This document shows, piece after piece, positions 63,438-64,000 of a stretch of DNA of 64,000 nt. Both the position numbers and the translations under genes were made by a program. Source of the stretch: Diplonema japonicum (taxonomy: Eukaryota; Protista; Euglenozoa: Diplonemea). Each line of letters begins with the position of its first letter. The stretch's first letter is position 1. The notes under the pieces are model-generated. The model searched no databases. It was not told the origin of the DNA and saw only the letters and a program-made list of their open reading frames with translations. Location of the stretch: positions 310,001 to 374,000 of the forward strand of contig OZ025681.1 in NCBI GenBank assembly GCA_964019335.1. The letters run 5' to 3'.

Positions 63438-64000
63438 ATAAAGGGGGGAAAAACTCAAAGTACGGGACAATTTCCCTGATAGAGGGCTGCCCTATATGGA
63501 TGGAAAAAAAAAACTCTGTTTTTGTAAAGGAGACTCTTTCTTTCTTATTTTTTTCAATGTTATAGCTGTGATGCCATTCCTCGCAAAAGAAAAACAAAGG
63601 GGGGGGCTATGCTGGCAAGAAACGGGGAAAACGTTTCCGTATCCGTTTCCTTTTGTTTTTCAAGATACTTAAGGAAACGGCCCCAAAATAAAAGGAAACG
63701 TTTCTGTTCCCTCATTTTCAAAAAAAAAAAAAAAAGAAAAATCTTGGAAACGCGTTTCCTTGCCAGCATATACAAAGTCCCAAGGGAGGGGGGGAAGGTT
63801 TTTGGGTCCATTTTCTTTTTTCTTCCTCTCTTTTTCTTTCTGTTCACCTCAACTTACAAAGCCTTCTCTATTGAGTTTTCTTTTTCTTTCTTTTTTATCT
63901 CACTTTTTCAGAAATTTCTTCACTCCGGAAGCCCTATTATCTTATTGGCCATGTCTCATGATTTGATTTTTGGGGCTATAATTTGATCGCAACAAATAGC

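Noticed and set aside
1-64000. tRNA, rRNA or spliced-leader RNA genes
   Set aside because: No cloverleaf, rRNA-conserved or SL-exon sequence recognised by eye; a tRNAscan-SE/Infernal run would be needed to exclude them.

Overview
This is eukaryotic DNA. About 17 intron-less protein-coding genes all lie on the minus strand, separated by spacers full of poly(dA)/poly(dT) tracts. That layout, an amastin-like domain and an MCA5-type metacaspase point to a euglenozoan polycistronic unit with trans-splicing; a diplonemid or free-living kinetoplastid is my inference. Several proteins have unusual, defence-like domain architectures. (1) A Dicer/RIG-I-family helicase has a DUF283-like domain, a dsRBD-like domain and a long Q/H/N-rich tail with hierarchical repeats, but no PAZ, RNase III or CARD; it sits directly downstream of an EXD1/Egalitarian-type DEDDy exonuclease. 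(2) Two tandem genes fuse an amastin/claudin-like four-TM domain to an intact metacaspase. (3) Two tandem genes fuse an R-S-E ADP-ribosyltransferase to LRRs, one extended by an F-box-like motif and helical repeats. (4) A cathepsin-L-like protease has three novel Cys-rich N-terminal repeats. (5) A large protein combines a receiver domain, coiled coil and KH-like segment. The spacers hold many mobile-element relics: a 5'-truncated non-LTR retrotransposon and several co-oriented 3' fragments ending in T-runs, a piggyBac relic, a pogo-like relic, a hAT-type MITE and a Crypton-like hairpin family. All domain calls are from motif recognition by eye; no searches were run.
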